Below, piece by piece: positions 28,596-38,867 of a stretch of 64,000 bases of DNA. This stretch comes from an uncultured Eubacteriales bacterium (GTDB taxonomy: Bacteria > Bacillota > Clostridia > Oscillospirales > CAG-272). Made by a program: the position numbers and the translations under genes. Location of the stretch: contig CATWNM010000001.1 of the NCBI GenBank assembly GCA_958352145.1, forward strand, positions 69,524 to 133,523, written 5' to 3'. Under the pieces are notes generated by a model. The model searched no databases. It had not been told where the DNA came from and saw nothing but the letters and a program-made list of their open reading frames with translations. Within the stretch, counting starts at the first letter, position 1; each line of letters starts with the position of its first letter.

Positions 28596-31500
28596 TCAGT
28601 GTTTTACCCATGACTCGTATCCGTTCCCTTTGCGAATATACGCATGGCTGTTGGTTGCTTCCTGCACCGCAAGATAGTACCATGCAACGGAATCCGCGTT
28701 ATCCGGCCAAAGGATCATACCGTCCAGCAAATCGTCGGCCGTCTCGGGAATACGCTGCAAAACGCGGTTGACCATCGCCATAGCCTCCGCTCTCGTAATA
28801 CGCCGTTCCGGTCTAAACGTGCCGTCTTCATAACCGAGAATCCATCCGTTGTTCGCAGCGGCGCTGATTTCCTTTTGAGCCCAATGGCCGTAAATGTCGG
28901 TAAACGCACTGCCAGAGAATTCCGAGTTAGAATCAAATCTCGCGGCGATCGCAGCGAATTCCGCGCGCGTAATCGCATTGTTCGGATAGTACCTGCCGTC
29001 ATAACCCCTGACTGCGCCCAAAGCGGCCATTGTGGAAACCGCGGTGTTATACCAAGCGGCTTTCGGCACGTCGGCAAACGAATTTTCCTCCGTCATATAC
29101 CGCTGCCGCGCTTCGTCTGAAAGAAGCCGGAAAAAAATCGTCGCAACCTCCGCGCGCGTAATATTCGCCTCAGGACGAATAAGCCCATCTGGGTATCCCA
29201 CAATATAAGCACGGTGCTCGTCTGCAAACAGACTCGGGACGTCGCTCTTTTGATTGGTTACGGTCAAACGAACGGTCTGACCGTTTCTAACGGTGAATGG
29301 ATGCAGAGCCGTATCCAATACATATCCCTCCGCGGCGCGCGTCTCAACGAAATAATACGCCCCGGCGGCAAGCTTATTTACACGAATGGTTCCCTGCTGA
29401 TCCGTAATATAAGTGCCGATTTTTGACGCGCCTGTTTTATACAGTTCAAAGATCACGCCGGACAGCACTGTAGAAGTATCCGAAAGATCCGTTTTAGTAA
29501 GAACGACGCTTCCTGTTTTCGGAATAATCGGCGGGTTCCTATGTTGTTTCCACTGCGCAGTAAGCGTAATATCGCCGGTTATCGGCGATGCGAAGTCATA
29601 CGCCGCGCCGTCCGAATACCAGCCGGAAAAATCGTAGCCTTTGCGGGAAGGCGCGACGGGCTGCGACACCATATCCCCTTCGACTACCGTTACCAAAGTC
29701 GCTGTTCCCTCATCCAGCACGCCTCCGTTCGCGTCAAATTTGACGGTATACCGATTTAAAACGATCATATCCGTCTCAACAATATTGCCGGGAATATAAA
29801 CGGAGCGGCCGCCAAGCGAGGCGCGCACATTGCCGGAAGTATACAAAACGCCGTCCGCGGTCAAACAATCCGCAGGAAGCGTGGCGGTAAACTGAGACGT
29901 CAATTCACTTAAGGTAATTTCGATTTCCGTAACGCGCTCCGTCAGCTTCTTGTCAGGAACCAGCGTAACGGTCAGACCGGACAAAGTCTCTCCCGCGTCG
30001 ATCAAGCTCAGCAAATTTTGAGAGGGCGTAAACACAGCCGTATAAACAATCTCATAATTCTCCGCGCCTTCCGCTTCGGTAATCGTAGCGGGTGCAGTGA
30101 GCGTCAAAAGTCCGTAGAAGTCCGTAGGCTGAATCAGCGCGACTGCGCAGCCGTATGTAAAGTCCCCGGGAACCGCAAGTACAATTCCATCATCCGTAAC
30201 CGCCGTGCTGTAGAACGCACATTCCGCGTCCTCGGCGGGCATCCCCTGTTCGTCCGTCTCCAGCACGGCCGCATAAACAGGCAGAGATGCGTTTACGTTC
30301 TGCAGCCCCTTGACTATCAGTTTAGCCGCGCCATGACGCTGCATCCAGAAAGAGGCCAAAACGCCGCCCCAGCCTTTAGCGTCGGCCGCGTTATTGATCG
30401 CCTCAATACTGCTGCCGGCGGCATTTCCAAGCTTTATATCAAAGCTGCCTGCCGCGGGCGTTACTGTTTTAGCGTCGGCCGCGAAATAAACGCCCCAGTC
30501 GCCGACGGAAGCGCCGTCGGCAATCAGCAGACAGCGTTCAGATTGGCTGAAATACGACGCCGAAACCGCAATATCATTGGATGCGTTTTTCGCGGTATTA
30601 TCAGACACCGTACCGCCCAGAAGCTCAACGCGGGGATCAAGGCCGTGATAAGGCTGCGCTTCATACGCAATACCGCCTCCGTATGCGGCGGAGACGTTAT
30701 CCGTAATTCGGCCGCCGTTCATGATAAAAATACCGCCGCGGCGTACAAAGACTCCGCCTCCTTCCATTCCTGCGGTATTGCAGGAAATGGTGCCGCCGTT
30801 CATCACAAAGGTGCCGCAGCTCACCATGATTCCGCCGCCGGTTTGATCGGAATGATTTCCGATAATCTCAGCGCCGTCATACATCGTAACGAGATGACCG
30901 GCAAAGTTATTCGCCATTGCGATCGCGCCGCCGCGGTCGCTGTTGGTATTGTCATTGATTTTCCCGTAAATATCCAGCACGCCATCCGGCGCCTGGATAT
31001 AGATAGCGCCATACCAGCACGTGTTGCCGTGAATATATCCGGAAGCGCCGATTTTACAGTACTTATTGCCCTCTCCGGACATTTGCACAACATGTCCGCC
31101 GCGGGTATACCCGGTGATCTCCCCGTTCATATACAGCGAGCCGGAAGTAATATTCACACCATTTTTCCCGCCGCGGAGCACCGAGCCGCCATCCATAGTA
31201 AATTGGCTACCATCGTTGATAATATCAACGGCAAATCCGTCGTTCGGCAGGTCTAAAATCCTGCCCGTGGAAGTCAAAACCACGGACGCGCCGTTTCTTA
31301 CGTGAACCGCAACGCCGGAATTTCCCCACCACATGCTGACATCTTCTTTAATTTGAGAAATTACGCCGCTGATATCGGCCGTACCGCCGTCCATATAGAT
31401 CGCGCGGCCAACCGCGCCGCAAATCTTCGACCCTTCTTCCATCGTAACGGCGCCCCCCTGCGACCAGACTGCGCCAGCCGCGCCGTAGTCAGCTTTATTT

Positions 31501-32204
31501 TTGACACGATCCACAGCGATGGTATCCTCAATCAAGCTGCCGGATTCCATAGTCAGCGTTCCGCCCGACACACGCACGGCAGACATACCGCCAAAGTTGC
31601 GCAGTACGGCTCCGTCTCCAAGGCAAATATCGGCAACGCCGTTATAGGTTGCGACCATAGCATCCGGAACAATGTCAGTATTGGAAAGAACATTTCCTTT
31701 TGTATCCACCGTATTGCCGTCTCCATCGCTTTCGGCCTGCAGAAAACGGGAACCCTCGCGCAGTCCGGCGTCGTCCAAAATGATATTTTCAAGCCGCAGA
31801 AAAGCCGACGGCTTATCGTTCGTTTGGCCGCCGACTTCAATCATTGCAGGATTATATGTGCTTCGCGCCGGATCCTGCTGACACTCAAAATCAGAACCGC
31901 GCGTAATCGTAAACGGACCTCCTTCGCCGCTGGCAATAGTCAGAGCCTTATCATAGTAACGGGCGCACCGCGTTACGGTAAGATCGCTCATGACATAAAT
32001 CGTCGCGCCGTCGGGCGCCTCTGTCACCGCTCGGCTCAGCGTGGCGTAGGGCTTGTCTTTCGTTCCGTCGCCGGCCGCGTCATCCCCGTCTGCCGATATA
32101 TAAACTGCCGGCGCGGCGTCCGTATCGGCTGCAAACGTTACAGCGGGCAAAATCCCCGCTGCAAAAATGCAAGCGAACAAAAACATTAGCATTTTCTTCT
32201 TCAT
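28596..32204 (-). CDS. Large cell-surface protein: signal peptide, right-handed beta-helix-like repeats, Listeria-Bacteroides (Flg_new) repeat, SpaA/Cna-B-like domain, three C-terminal SLH domains
   Basis: 1202 aa. Signal peptide MKKKMLMFLFACIFAAGILPAVTFA. Many G-rich GG.I/GGA repeats. YTVKFDANGG...GYDFSGWY at ~29540-29755. VVLTKTD...GVIFELY...YYFVETRAAEGY at ~29250-29520. SLH motifs (F.D....W....I......G...GY.DG.FRP...ITRAE) at ~28600-29240. AGGAGG SD at 32211-32217. Confidence 0.85.
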   Translation of the reverse strand: MKKKMLMFLFACIFAAGILPAVTFAADTDAAPAVYISADGDDAAGDGTKDKPYATLSRAVTEAPDGATIYVMSDLTVTRCARYYDKALTIASGEGGPFTITRGSDFECQQDPARSTYNPAMIEVGGQTNDKPSAFLRLENIILDDAGLREGSRFLQAESDGDGNTVDTKGNVLSNTDIVPDAMVATYNGVADICLGDGAVLRNFGGMSAVRVSGGTLTMESGSLIEDTIAVDRVKNKADYGAAGAVWSQGGAVTMEEGSKICGAVGRAIYMDGGTADISGVISQIKEDVSMWWGNSGVAVHVRNGASVVLTSTGRILDLPNDGFAVDIINDGSQFTMDGGSVLRGGKNGVNITSGSLYMNGEITGYTRGGHVVQMSGEGNKYCKIGASGYIHGNTCWYGAIYIQAPDGVLDIYGKINDNTNSDRGGAIAMANNFAGHLVTMYDGAEIIGNHSDQTGGGIMVSCGTFVMNGGTISCNTAGMEGGGVFVRRGGIFIMNGGRITDNVSAAYGGGIAYEAQPYHGLDPRVELLGGTVSDNTAKNASNDIAVSASYFSQSERCLLIADGASVGDWGVYFAADAKTVTPAAGSFDIKLGNAAGSSIEAINNAADAKGWGGVLASFWMQRHGAAKLIVKGLQNVNASLPVYAAVLETDEQGMPAEDAECAFYSTAVTDDGIVLAVPGDFTYGCAVALIQPTDFYGLLTLTAPATITEAEGAENYEIVYTAVFTPSQNLLSLIDAGETLSGLTVTLVPDKKLTERVTEIEITLSELTSQFTATLPADCLTADGVLYTSGNVRASLGGRSVYIPGNIVETDMIVLNRYTVKFDANGGVLDEGTATLVTVVEGDMVSQPVAPSRKGYDFSGWYSDGAAYDFASPITGDITLTAQWKQHRNPPIIPKTGSVVLTKTDLSDTSTVLSGVIFELYKTGASKIGTYITDQQGTIRVNKLAAGAYYFVETRAAEGYVLDTALHPFTVRNGQTVRLTVTNQKSDVPSLFADEHRAYIVGYPDGLIRPEANITRAEVATIFFRLLSDEARQRYMTEENSFADVPKAAWYNTAVSTMAALGAVRGYDGRYYPNNAITRAEFAAIAARFDSNSEFSGSAFTDIYGHWAQKEISAAANNGWILGYEDGTFRPERRITRAEAMAMVNRVLQRIPETADDLLDGMILWPDNADSVAWYYLAVQEATNSHAYIRKGNGYESWVKH

Positions 32205-32219
32205 CCAAATACCTCCTGA

Positions 32220-32245
32220 CTACAGAAACGTGTACTTTTCTAGCC
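32220..32245. repeat. Candidate recombination site L (degenerate 12-2-12 site, core GT)
   Basis: CTACAGAAACGT-GT-ACTTTTCTAGCC. The arms match the reverse complement of site R at 9/12 and 7/12. The core is the reverse complement of the R core. Confidence 0.55.
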
Positions 32246-32300
32246 TTACATTATTTGGAAATTCAGCGTTGAAGTTCACAATTATTTTACAAATTATGTA

Positions 32301-32329
32301 TTGAACCTTTAGCTAAACGATGTTATAAT
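32301..32329 (+). promoter_or_regulatory. Near-consensus extended -10 promoter inside the candidate invertible segment
   Basis: TTGAAC (32301-32306), 17-nt spacer, TGtTATAAT (-10 at 32324-32329). It points rightward, away from the surface-protein gene and into the antisense of the recombinase gene. Confidence 0.6.
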
Positions 32330-32355
32330 GCTAACGTTAATAGACCAGAACGGAT

Positions 32356-32381
32356 TTACAAAAAAGTACACTTTTTTGTAA
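32356..32381. repeat. Candidate recombination site R (perfect 12-2-12 palindrome, core AC)
   Basis: TTACAAAAAAGT-AC-ACTTTTTTGTAA. The two 12-bp arms are exact reverse complements. Lies 10 bp from the recombinase stop codon. Confidence 0.65.
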
Positions 32382-32390
32382 TATGCTGGT

Positions 32391-33014
<624 letters not shown>

Positions 33015-33224
33015 TTAAACTCATATCGCAATATGCCCTCTTTCCGCCTCACCTTTTCAAGAAACAAAAAAGCAGGCACTATGGCTCGTGACCGCTTGCC
33101 ACGCGTTCATGTAAGCAAAAAGCGTTCCCCGCCACAGAGGCGTGCAGAGAAAACGGGAATATCCCTTTTATATCTTTTTGCAACAATGCCAAAATCTATT
33201 ATAGTCCAGAAAAGAAAAAAATAT

Positions 33225-33254
33225 GGGGTACTCAGCGATCAAGCTAAGTACCCC
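33225..33254. terminator. Terminator after the 806-aa binding-protein gene
   Basis: GGGGTACTCAGC-6 nt-GCTAAGTACCCC with T-runs on both strands. Confidence 0.6.
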
Positions 33255-33363
33255 TCTTATTTTTTATGGTTCTATCCGGTAAATTCCGGATCTCACGATG
33301 TTTGTGCGTTCCCGCATTGCAGCTGCCTTTTTCGGCGCGCCGCCGTTTTGTTCGCTTAAATAG

Positions 33364-35784
33364 TTACCTGGATTCGCCGATATAAATCTGCACCCGGTTT
33401 TCAATCAGCGACGCGACCTCGTCCGCGCTCTTCTTTCCCGCAAAATACGCGGACGCCTCCTCGCTCACAATATTAAACACATTCTCATTGTAAATCAACT
33501 GTTTGTGTACGCTGGTTGCAATCTCCGCAATCCGCTCCACATCCTCGACAGTCATATCTCTACGATCATTATTATAACTCGGTTCAGAGATGATAGTGCC
33601 GCTCGCCGTAACAACCACGGCTTCCGAATCGCGCGGCATAACGTCGGTCTCGGAATCCGCATCCTGCTTCGCTGCTTCACGCTCTTTGATCGCATCCAAA
33701 GCAGCCTGCTTCTGCTTTTCCAATCCGGCCTTGGTTACCGAAAACGCCCAGTTGTCTTCGGTTTGGTATTCCTCTGTAAAGAACAGCTTGACAAAATTCC
33801 AAGCTTCATCAGCCATCGGACTCTTTGCACTGATGAGGAATTTCAGGTTGGAGCAGGTAAAGACAAGCCCGTCGCGGTCAGGCGAAGGCATGCCGACAAA
33901 TTCCAGTTCCATTCCGCCAAAGTTATAGGACTGATTTTCAAAAGCGTAAAAAGAATCAAGCGAAGTCATTTCTGCGATTGCCTTGCCCTCTTTAAACGCA
34001 TTATTATAAGCATCCCAGTCAAAGTCTTCATAATTGAAATTTTCATCTTCCCACCGGGTCTTCTCGGGCAGTGTATTGACATATTCCAAAATCGCCTTAA
34101 AATCGTCGTTATTAAAACTGCATTTTCCAGTCGCCGTATCGATGAAATTCGTATAATTCAGATAAAAAAGCATCTGAAGCATATTCGCTCTGGAAACCTC
34201 ACCCTCACGGAAGAAAGACACCCCCTCAGGCAACGCGGCTACTTTCGCGGCAAATTCGGGAATGGTCAGATTGGCAAATTCGCTGATCTTATCCTTGCCG
34301 CCCATGAGTCCCATCACATAGAAACCCGTAGGAATCTCATACAGCTTTCCGCCAATTTCACAGGCTTTAAGAATGTTGGTCAAAAAGTCATCCTTGGAAA
34401 ATTCCGGATCCTTTTCCAAATATGTATACAGATCTGCAAAGAGTCCCTTGTTGACATACCTGGACACGGAGAACTCCGAATCGGAAATAATGACGTCCGG
34501 AACATTGCCGGCCAGAATATCATCGTTTAATTTCGTCTTGCCCGCCGTATAATCCTCGTCGGTATTATACTGAGAATAGTCCACATATTTGATCCGGTAT
34601 TCTTCGCTGGCAAGGTTGAACTTTACGATCTGCTCCTGGAAATTATATGCATATCCTGCCGACGCAACCGTAATCAGATATTTTGGCGTAAGCTCGCTGT
34701 CCGGTACCTTTTCAAAGGTATTCATGTACAGCGTGGTCTTGTTATCCTTATATTCGCGCGTCAGCGAAGCAAAACGGTCGCCGTCCAGCGCATAAAAATT
34801 GCCGTAGTTATAAATATAATCGGAATTGATATAATTCATCAATTCAGTCTGGACACCGGTATCGAGGTCCACTTTGTAAATGCCATAGTTATCTGAATAA
34901 TACGCGGCGCCGTCACCGCCGAACGAATTGTAATTGAAACGATATCCAAGATCGCCGGTATCGACCTCCGACTGTGCGCCGGTTTCCAGATTATAACGCT
35001 TGCAGGTGGTTGTGTAGGAATTCGAGTTATAATTCTCATACACATAGAGAAGTTCGGAATCGCCAATAAAATAAATATTATTGATATATCCTTCCTCGCC
35101 CTCCGGCATCAGCGCATACGTATTTTTTATCGTGCCGTCCGTTCCAAAACAAATCAATTTGTTGCTGTATTCTTCTTTGTTCGTATCGCATATAAAATAC
35201 AGATCTTTTCCGTCCGTCAGCGATGTATTCACATAAAAATAAGAATCTTCTCCTGTGATATCAAACGCTTTTTTCAAATCCACCATGCCGGTTCCATTTC
35301 CGGAAAAGTCATAAAAATACAGATAATAATTCTGATCATAAATATAATTTTCAGAATCAATTAACGTACTTGTTTGAATAAATACAGCAAGACCGTCGTC
35401 CAACACCAGCATATTATCCATATAAGAATGATGCTGTTCATCATTCGGCAAATCGATGGGAATTTCCTTAACCTCTTCGCTGCCATAAGTCCCAATATGT
35501 GCAACGGTGGACGTCGTTTCATAATCCTTATTCACGCTTTGAAGCACGTAGCAGTAACCGTTTTTCCCGAGCGAGTTGTTGGATAAATACGTATATCCCT
35601 GAAACTCTTCCTCGTTTGACCAATCCGGCTCTTCTACCGTCACAAGCTTGGTTTGATTGTACTTATACACATGATCGACCACTTGTTTTTCAGGCATCTT
35701 TTCCCTGCCACCGCAAGCGGCCAAAGCCGAAAGCGCCAGCAATGTGGCCAATACAAAGCTAATTGCCCTCATCGTTTTTTTCAT
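33364..35784 (-). CDS. Large extracellular solute-binding lipoprotein (extra N-terminal domain plus family-1 SBP domain)
   Basis: 806 aa. Lipoprotein signal MKKTMRAISFVLATLLALSALAACG. The C-terminal half is SBP-like (...GNVPDVIISDSEF...GKLYEIPTGFYVMGLMG...). Confidence 0.8.
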   Translation of the reverse strand: MKKTMRAISFVLATLLALSALAACGGREKMPEKQVVDHVYKYNQTKLVTVEEPDWSNEEEFQGYTYLSNNSLGKNGYCYVLQSVNKDYETTSTVAHIGTYGSEEVKEIPIDLPNDEQHHSYMDNMLVLDDGLAVFIQTSTLIDSENYIYDQNYYLYFYDFSGNGTGMVDLKKAFDITGEDSYFYVNTSLTDGKDLYFICDTNKEEYSNKLICFGTDGTIKNTYALMPEGEEGYINNIYFIGDSELLYVYENYNSNSYTTTCKRYNLETGAQSEVDTGDLGYRFNYNSFGGDGAAYYSDNYGIYKVDLDTGVQTELMNYINSDYIYNYGNFYALDGDRFASLTREYKDNKTTLYMNTFEKVPDSELTPKYLITVASAGYAYNFQEQIVKFNLASEEYRIKYVDYSQYNTDEDYTAGKTKLNDDILAGNVPDVIISDSEFSVSRYVNKGLFADLYTYLEKDPEFSKDDFLTNILKACEIGGKLYEIPTGFYVMGLMGGKDKISEFANLTIPEFAAKVAALPEGVSFFREGEVSRANMLQMLFYLNYTNFIDTATGKCSFNNDDFKAILEYVNTLPEKTRWEDENFNYEDFDWDAYNNAFKEGKAIAEMTSLDSFYAFENQSYNFGGMELEFVGMPSPDRDGLVFTCSNLKFLISAKSPMADEAWNFVKLFFTEEYQTEDNWAFSVTKAGLEKQKQAALDAIKEREAAKQDADSETDVMPRDSEAVVVTASGTIISEPSYNNDRRDMTVEDVERIAEIATSVHKQLIYNENVFNIVSEEASAYFAGKKSADEVASLIENRVQIYIGESR

Positions 35785-35795
35785 TCTGTTCCTCC

Positions 35796-36803
35796 TTAAA
35801 ATGCGTGTATTTTACGCGCTCTGCGTTTTTCATGAAACCGCCTGAGAAGGGGCCGGAATATGGACACGGCAAGACAAACCAGCATCGCCGCAGCCAATAT
35901 AAACGACGCCGCCTCAAAAGTCAGCAACATAGCGCATTTGGTTTCCATAATGCGCGACATATTTTCATAATATGGATACGACGCGCCCGTCATGACGCCC
36001 AGCGACGTCATACCCTTGATTTTTTCCCAAAGGCGGAGCGGCGTAAAGCGTTCGTGATTAATTACAACCGCTTCCCCATAGGAAGACACCGCCGATGCAA
36101 ACAGATCATGCCCAAAATCCGTGATCGGATCCGGTAGAACCGCTTCGAGCGAAGTAAAACTCAAATTCTGATCCCGCATCGCCGCGGAGTTATACAAAAT
36201 ATATACCCGCGGCGTAATGCCGTAATATTTGGAATACGTTCCCCGGTCTGCAGCCAGCACGGCAGAAATCGTATAATACTTTCCGTTGATCTCCAAATCC
36301 ATGCCGCACACATCGACCGAACCGAACAGCCGCCACGCGGCAAAATCGTCAATCACGCAGAACTCGGTGGTTGCATCTGACTCCTCCAGAAATCCACCGG
36401 TCAGCGGAAGAGCGGGATGCAGGCCAAAATAGTCTCCAAAATACACCGTAGCGACCGCGCTGGATGTATTTTGTTCGCGCGTGATCGTCACATTTTTCTC
36501 AATCGACGCACAGAGCAAATAATTTCCCGCAGTCGGCAGGCTTTCCGCCGTCAGCCCGGATTCGATAGAATTTTTGACCGCCATCATGCCATCGGGGGTC
36601 AAATAATCCTCCTCGGTGCAGTATAGCGAAAGCTGGGTATATTTATCCGCATTCGCCCCGCGAAAGCGCTCCGCCGCGAAGTCCCGGTCATATCCCGCAG
36701 TCACGGAACGTCTGGCGGCACCGAGAGAAAATGCCAGCACAAGAAACACCGCCATAAGGACGCCAAAGACCAGTACCCGTTTCTTCACAGCTGGCCTCCT
36801 CAT
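35796..36803 (-). CDS. Bitopic membrane protein resembling a MacB-type periplasmic domain without the FtsX domain
   Basis: 335 aa. N-terminal TM, ~250-aa extracytoplasmic region, one C-terminal TM. ATGA overlap with the upstream HlyD-like gene. The family call is tentative. Confidence 0.55.
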   Translation of the reverse strand: MRRPAVKKRVLVFGVLMAVFLVLAFSLGAARRSVTAGYDRDFAAERFRGANADKYTQLSLYCTEEDYLTPDGMMAVKNSIESGLTAESLPTAGNYLLCASIEKNVTITREQNTSSAVATVYFGDYFGLHPALPLTGGFLEESDATTEFCVIDDFAAWRLFGSVDVCGMDLEINGKYYTISAVLAADRGTYSKYYGITPRVYILYNSAAMRDQNLSFTSLEAVLPDPITDFGHDLFASAVSSYGEAVVINHERFTPLRLWEKIKGMTSLGVMTGASYPYYENMSRIMETKCAMLLTFEAASFILAAAMLVCLAVSIFRPLLRRFHEKRRARKIHAF

Positions 36804-38854
36804 TCGCTCATCCGAACCTGCATACCGTCCGAAATCGGCACGGAAGAGTTGGTGATGATGTAGTCACCCCAGGACAGCGAAGCGTCGATTGCGCTCTTTG
36901 TAGCATCCGATGCAAGCACCTCTACATTTTTACGCTCGGCAAAGAAACGATTGCCCAGCGGAGACGATTTGGAAACAACCAGCAGTACAAATTTGCCCTC
37001 GGAATCCTCGCGAATCGCGCTGTTTGGAACGACGGTATCATAGCTGGAACCGCGGCTGCCGACTGTAATCGTCAAATTTGTTCCGTCGCTGATGTCGCCC
37101 TCTACGGTAAAGGTTACAAGTTTGCTTTTCCCTGAATTGTTCGGATCATTCTTAATCGCAGAGATACGGACGGAAGGCTTCGTCCCCCAGTAATAATACT
37201 GTACCTCAGCCTCTTGGCCTACGCTGAGCCTCGACGCCTGTGCGTTGGTCACGCTACATTCCATCGTATATCCCTGATCGTTCATAATGATTTCAAACGC
37301 GGTCTGTCCCGCCTTTACCTCGTCGCCCGACGCGATATTTACACTGCTGATCGTGCCGCTGACTACGGCCGTAATCTCAGTTGAAGTCGTCTTCTCTTTC
37401 AGTTTTGCGATCTCGGTCTTCTTACGGTTGATCTCCGTGCGTTTGATTTCCAAATTCAGCGCTTCCGTCTGACCGTTTATATCTTCGTTTGCTTCAGTCC
37501 GGCGAATCGTGGCCTCAAGGCTTTCGATGCTGCGCGTAAGCTGCACCTTTTCATCCTCAGCATCCTCCAATGTTTTGGGTAATTTTTCAGCCACTTTGTC
37601 CATCTGCTTCTGGAGTTCCTCGATTTGCTCGTTCTTCTGCTGCTTTTCTTCCTCTACTTCTTCCTTGCGGGAAAAAAGAAGCGCGTACTCCCAGCCGTCG
37701 TTCAGATCGCTGAGATGCTTTTTCGCCGCTTTATAAGCGGATTCCGCACTGTCGCTGGCGCTCTTTGCGCTAGTATAATTGGAATATGCGCTGTTCATGG
37801 CGGTTCCGGCGGAGTTAAAGCTTTCCAGCGCGGCTGTCTCTGCCTCCCTGGCGTTTTTCAGTGAGGACTGTTTGCTCGAAATTTGATTGTTTTTCTCGCG
37901 GATCTCCGCGTTCTTTTCGTTTTTCTGGTCAGTCAGTTCAGCTTTTTTGCGATTGTACTCCTCGATCTGCTCCGGCGTTGCCCCCTCTCCGGGCGGCACC
38001 AACGAGTCCAGCGAATCTTGAATCGCCTGAAGCTCGTCCTTCAGATCCTCAAGCTGGGATTCCAGCTTGTCAATATCGGATTCAATATTTTTGCGCGCAT
38101 CGACGGCCGAATCGTAATCTTGTTCCGCACCTGCATACACGGTGCTTGCATTGTTGTAAACAGTCTGCGTCTTCTGCATAGCGCGCTTCGCCGAATTATA
38201 AGCCTTTTCCGCGTCGTCAACCGCATCCTTTGCTTCTTCGATTGCGGCGTTCAGCTTACTCATATCCTTATAGCCGGAATCCGTCAGCTTACTTAACTGC
38301 TTGTCTAAAGACTTGATCGTCTCGTCCAATTGCTTGATTTCCGCCTGAAGCATCTCGATCTGCGCCTGATAGTTGTTCTTCACCGTCTCGAGATCGCCAT
38401 AACCATCTATGTACGCCTGAAGTTCCACAAGTTCCTTTTGTTTGTCCTCCAGTTCATAACGCGTAGCGATCAGGGTGTCCTCGCTCTCAAGCAAAAGCTG
38501 CTTATACTCGATTTCCAGGCGTTTGAGTTCGATCTCGGCGTCATAAATCTCATCGCTTTCGCCCGCGATCAACGTCGCAAGCACCGTGCCGCGCTCAACA
38601 TAATCGCCTCGGCGAACCAGCACAGAGTCTATCTTTCGTGCATTTTCAAAGGTGATCTCACGCGTCTGATTGGCACTGACCGTTCCGCTCAGCTTCACCT
38701 GCGTCGTGATCGTACCGCTTTCCGCATACTGCACCGCAACCTCCGGCAGAGATCGATTCATAATCGTATTTGAAAATAAGGTCAGCAACAGCATAATTAT
38801 TAGGAAAATAATGATGACGTTTTTAATCCAACCCCGTTTGTTTTTTTCTTCCAT
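36800..38854 (-). CDS. HlyD-family adaptor protein with very long coiled coil
   Basis: 684 aa. N-terminal TM, lipoyl-like GDYVERGTVLATL, ~350 aa of E/K/A/L/Q-rich coiled coil, C-terminal beta-barrel. GGAGAGAGG SD. Confidence 0.82.
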   Translation of the reverse strand: MEEKNKRGWIKNVIIIFLIIMLLLTLFSNTIMNRSLPEVAVQYAESGTITTQVKLSGTVSANQTREITFENARKIDSVLVRRGDYVERGTVLATLIAGESDEIYDAEIELKRLEIEYKQLLLESEDTLIATRYELEDKQKELVELQAYIDGYGDLETVKNNYQAQIEMLQAEIKQLDETIKSLDKQLSKLTDSGYKDMSKLNAAIEEAKDAVDDAEKAYNSAKRAMQKTQTVYNNASTVYAGAEQDYDSAVDARKNIESDIDKLESQLEDLKDELQAIQDSLDSLVPPGEGATPEQIEEYNRKKAELTDQKNEKNAEIREKNNQISSKQSSLKNAREAETAALESFNSAGTAMNSAYSNYTSAKSASDSAESAYKAAKKHLSDLNDGWEYALLFSRKEEVEEEKQQKNEQIEELQKQMDKVAEKLPKTLEDAEDEKVQLTRSIESLEATIRRTEANEDINGQTEALNLEIKRTEINRKKTEIAKLKEKTTSTEITAVVSGTISSVNIASGDEVKAGQTAFEIIMNDQGYTMECSVTNAQASRLSVGQEAEVQYYYWGTKPSVRISAIKNDPNNSGKSKLVTFTVEGDISDGTNLTITVGSRGSSYDTVVPNSAIREDSEGKFVLLVVSKSSPLGNRFFAERKNVEVLASDATKSAIDASLSWGDYIITNSSVPISDGMQVRMSE

Positions 38855-38867
38855 AAATACCTCTCTC

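Noticed and set aside
32356-32381. The 26-bp palindrome next to the recombinase stop could simply be that gene's transcription terminator.
   Set aside because: The stem would be almost pure A:U with a 2-4-nt loop and no following U-tract on the minus strand. The 12-2-12 geometry, the inverted partner with a complementary core, and the enclosed promoter fit a recombination site better. It is kept as an alternative in the would_refute field of the main finding.
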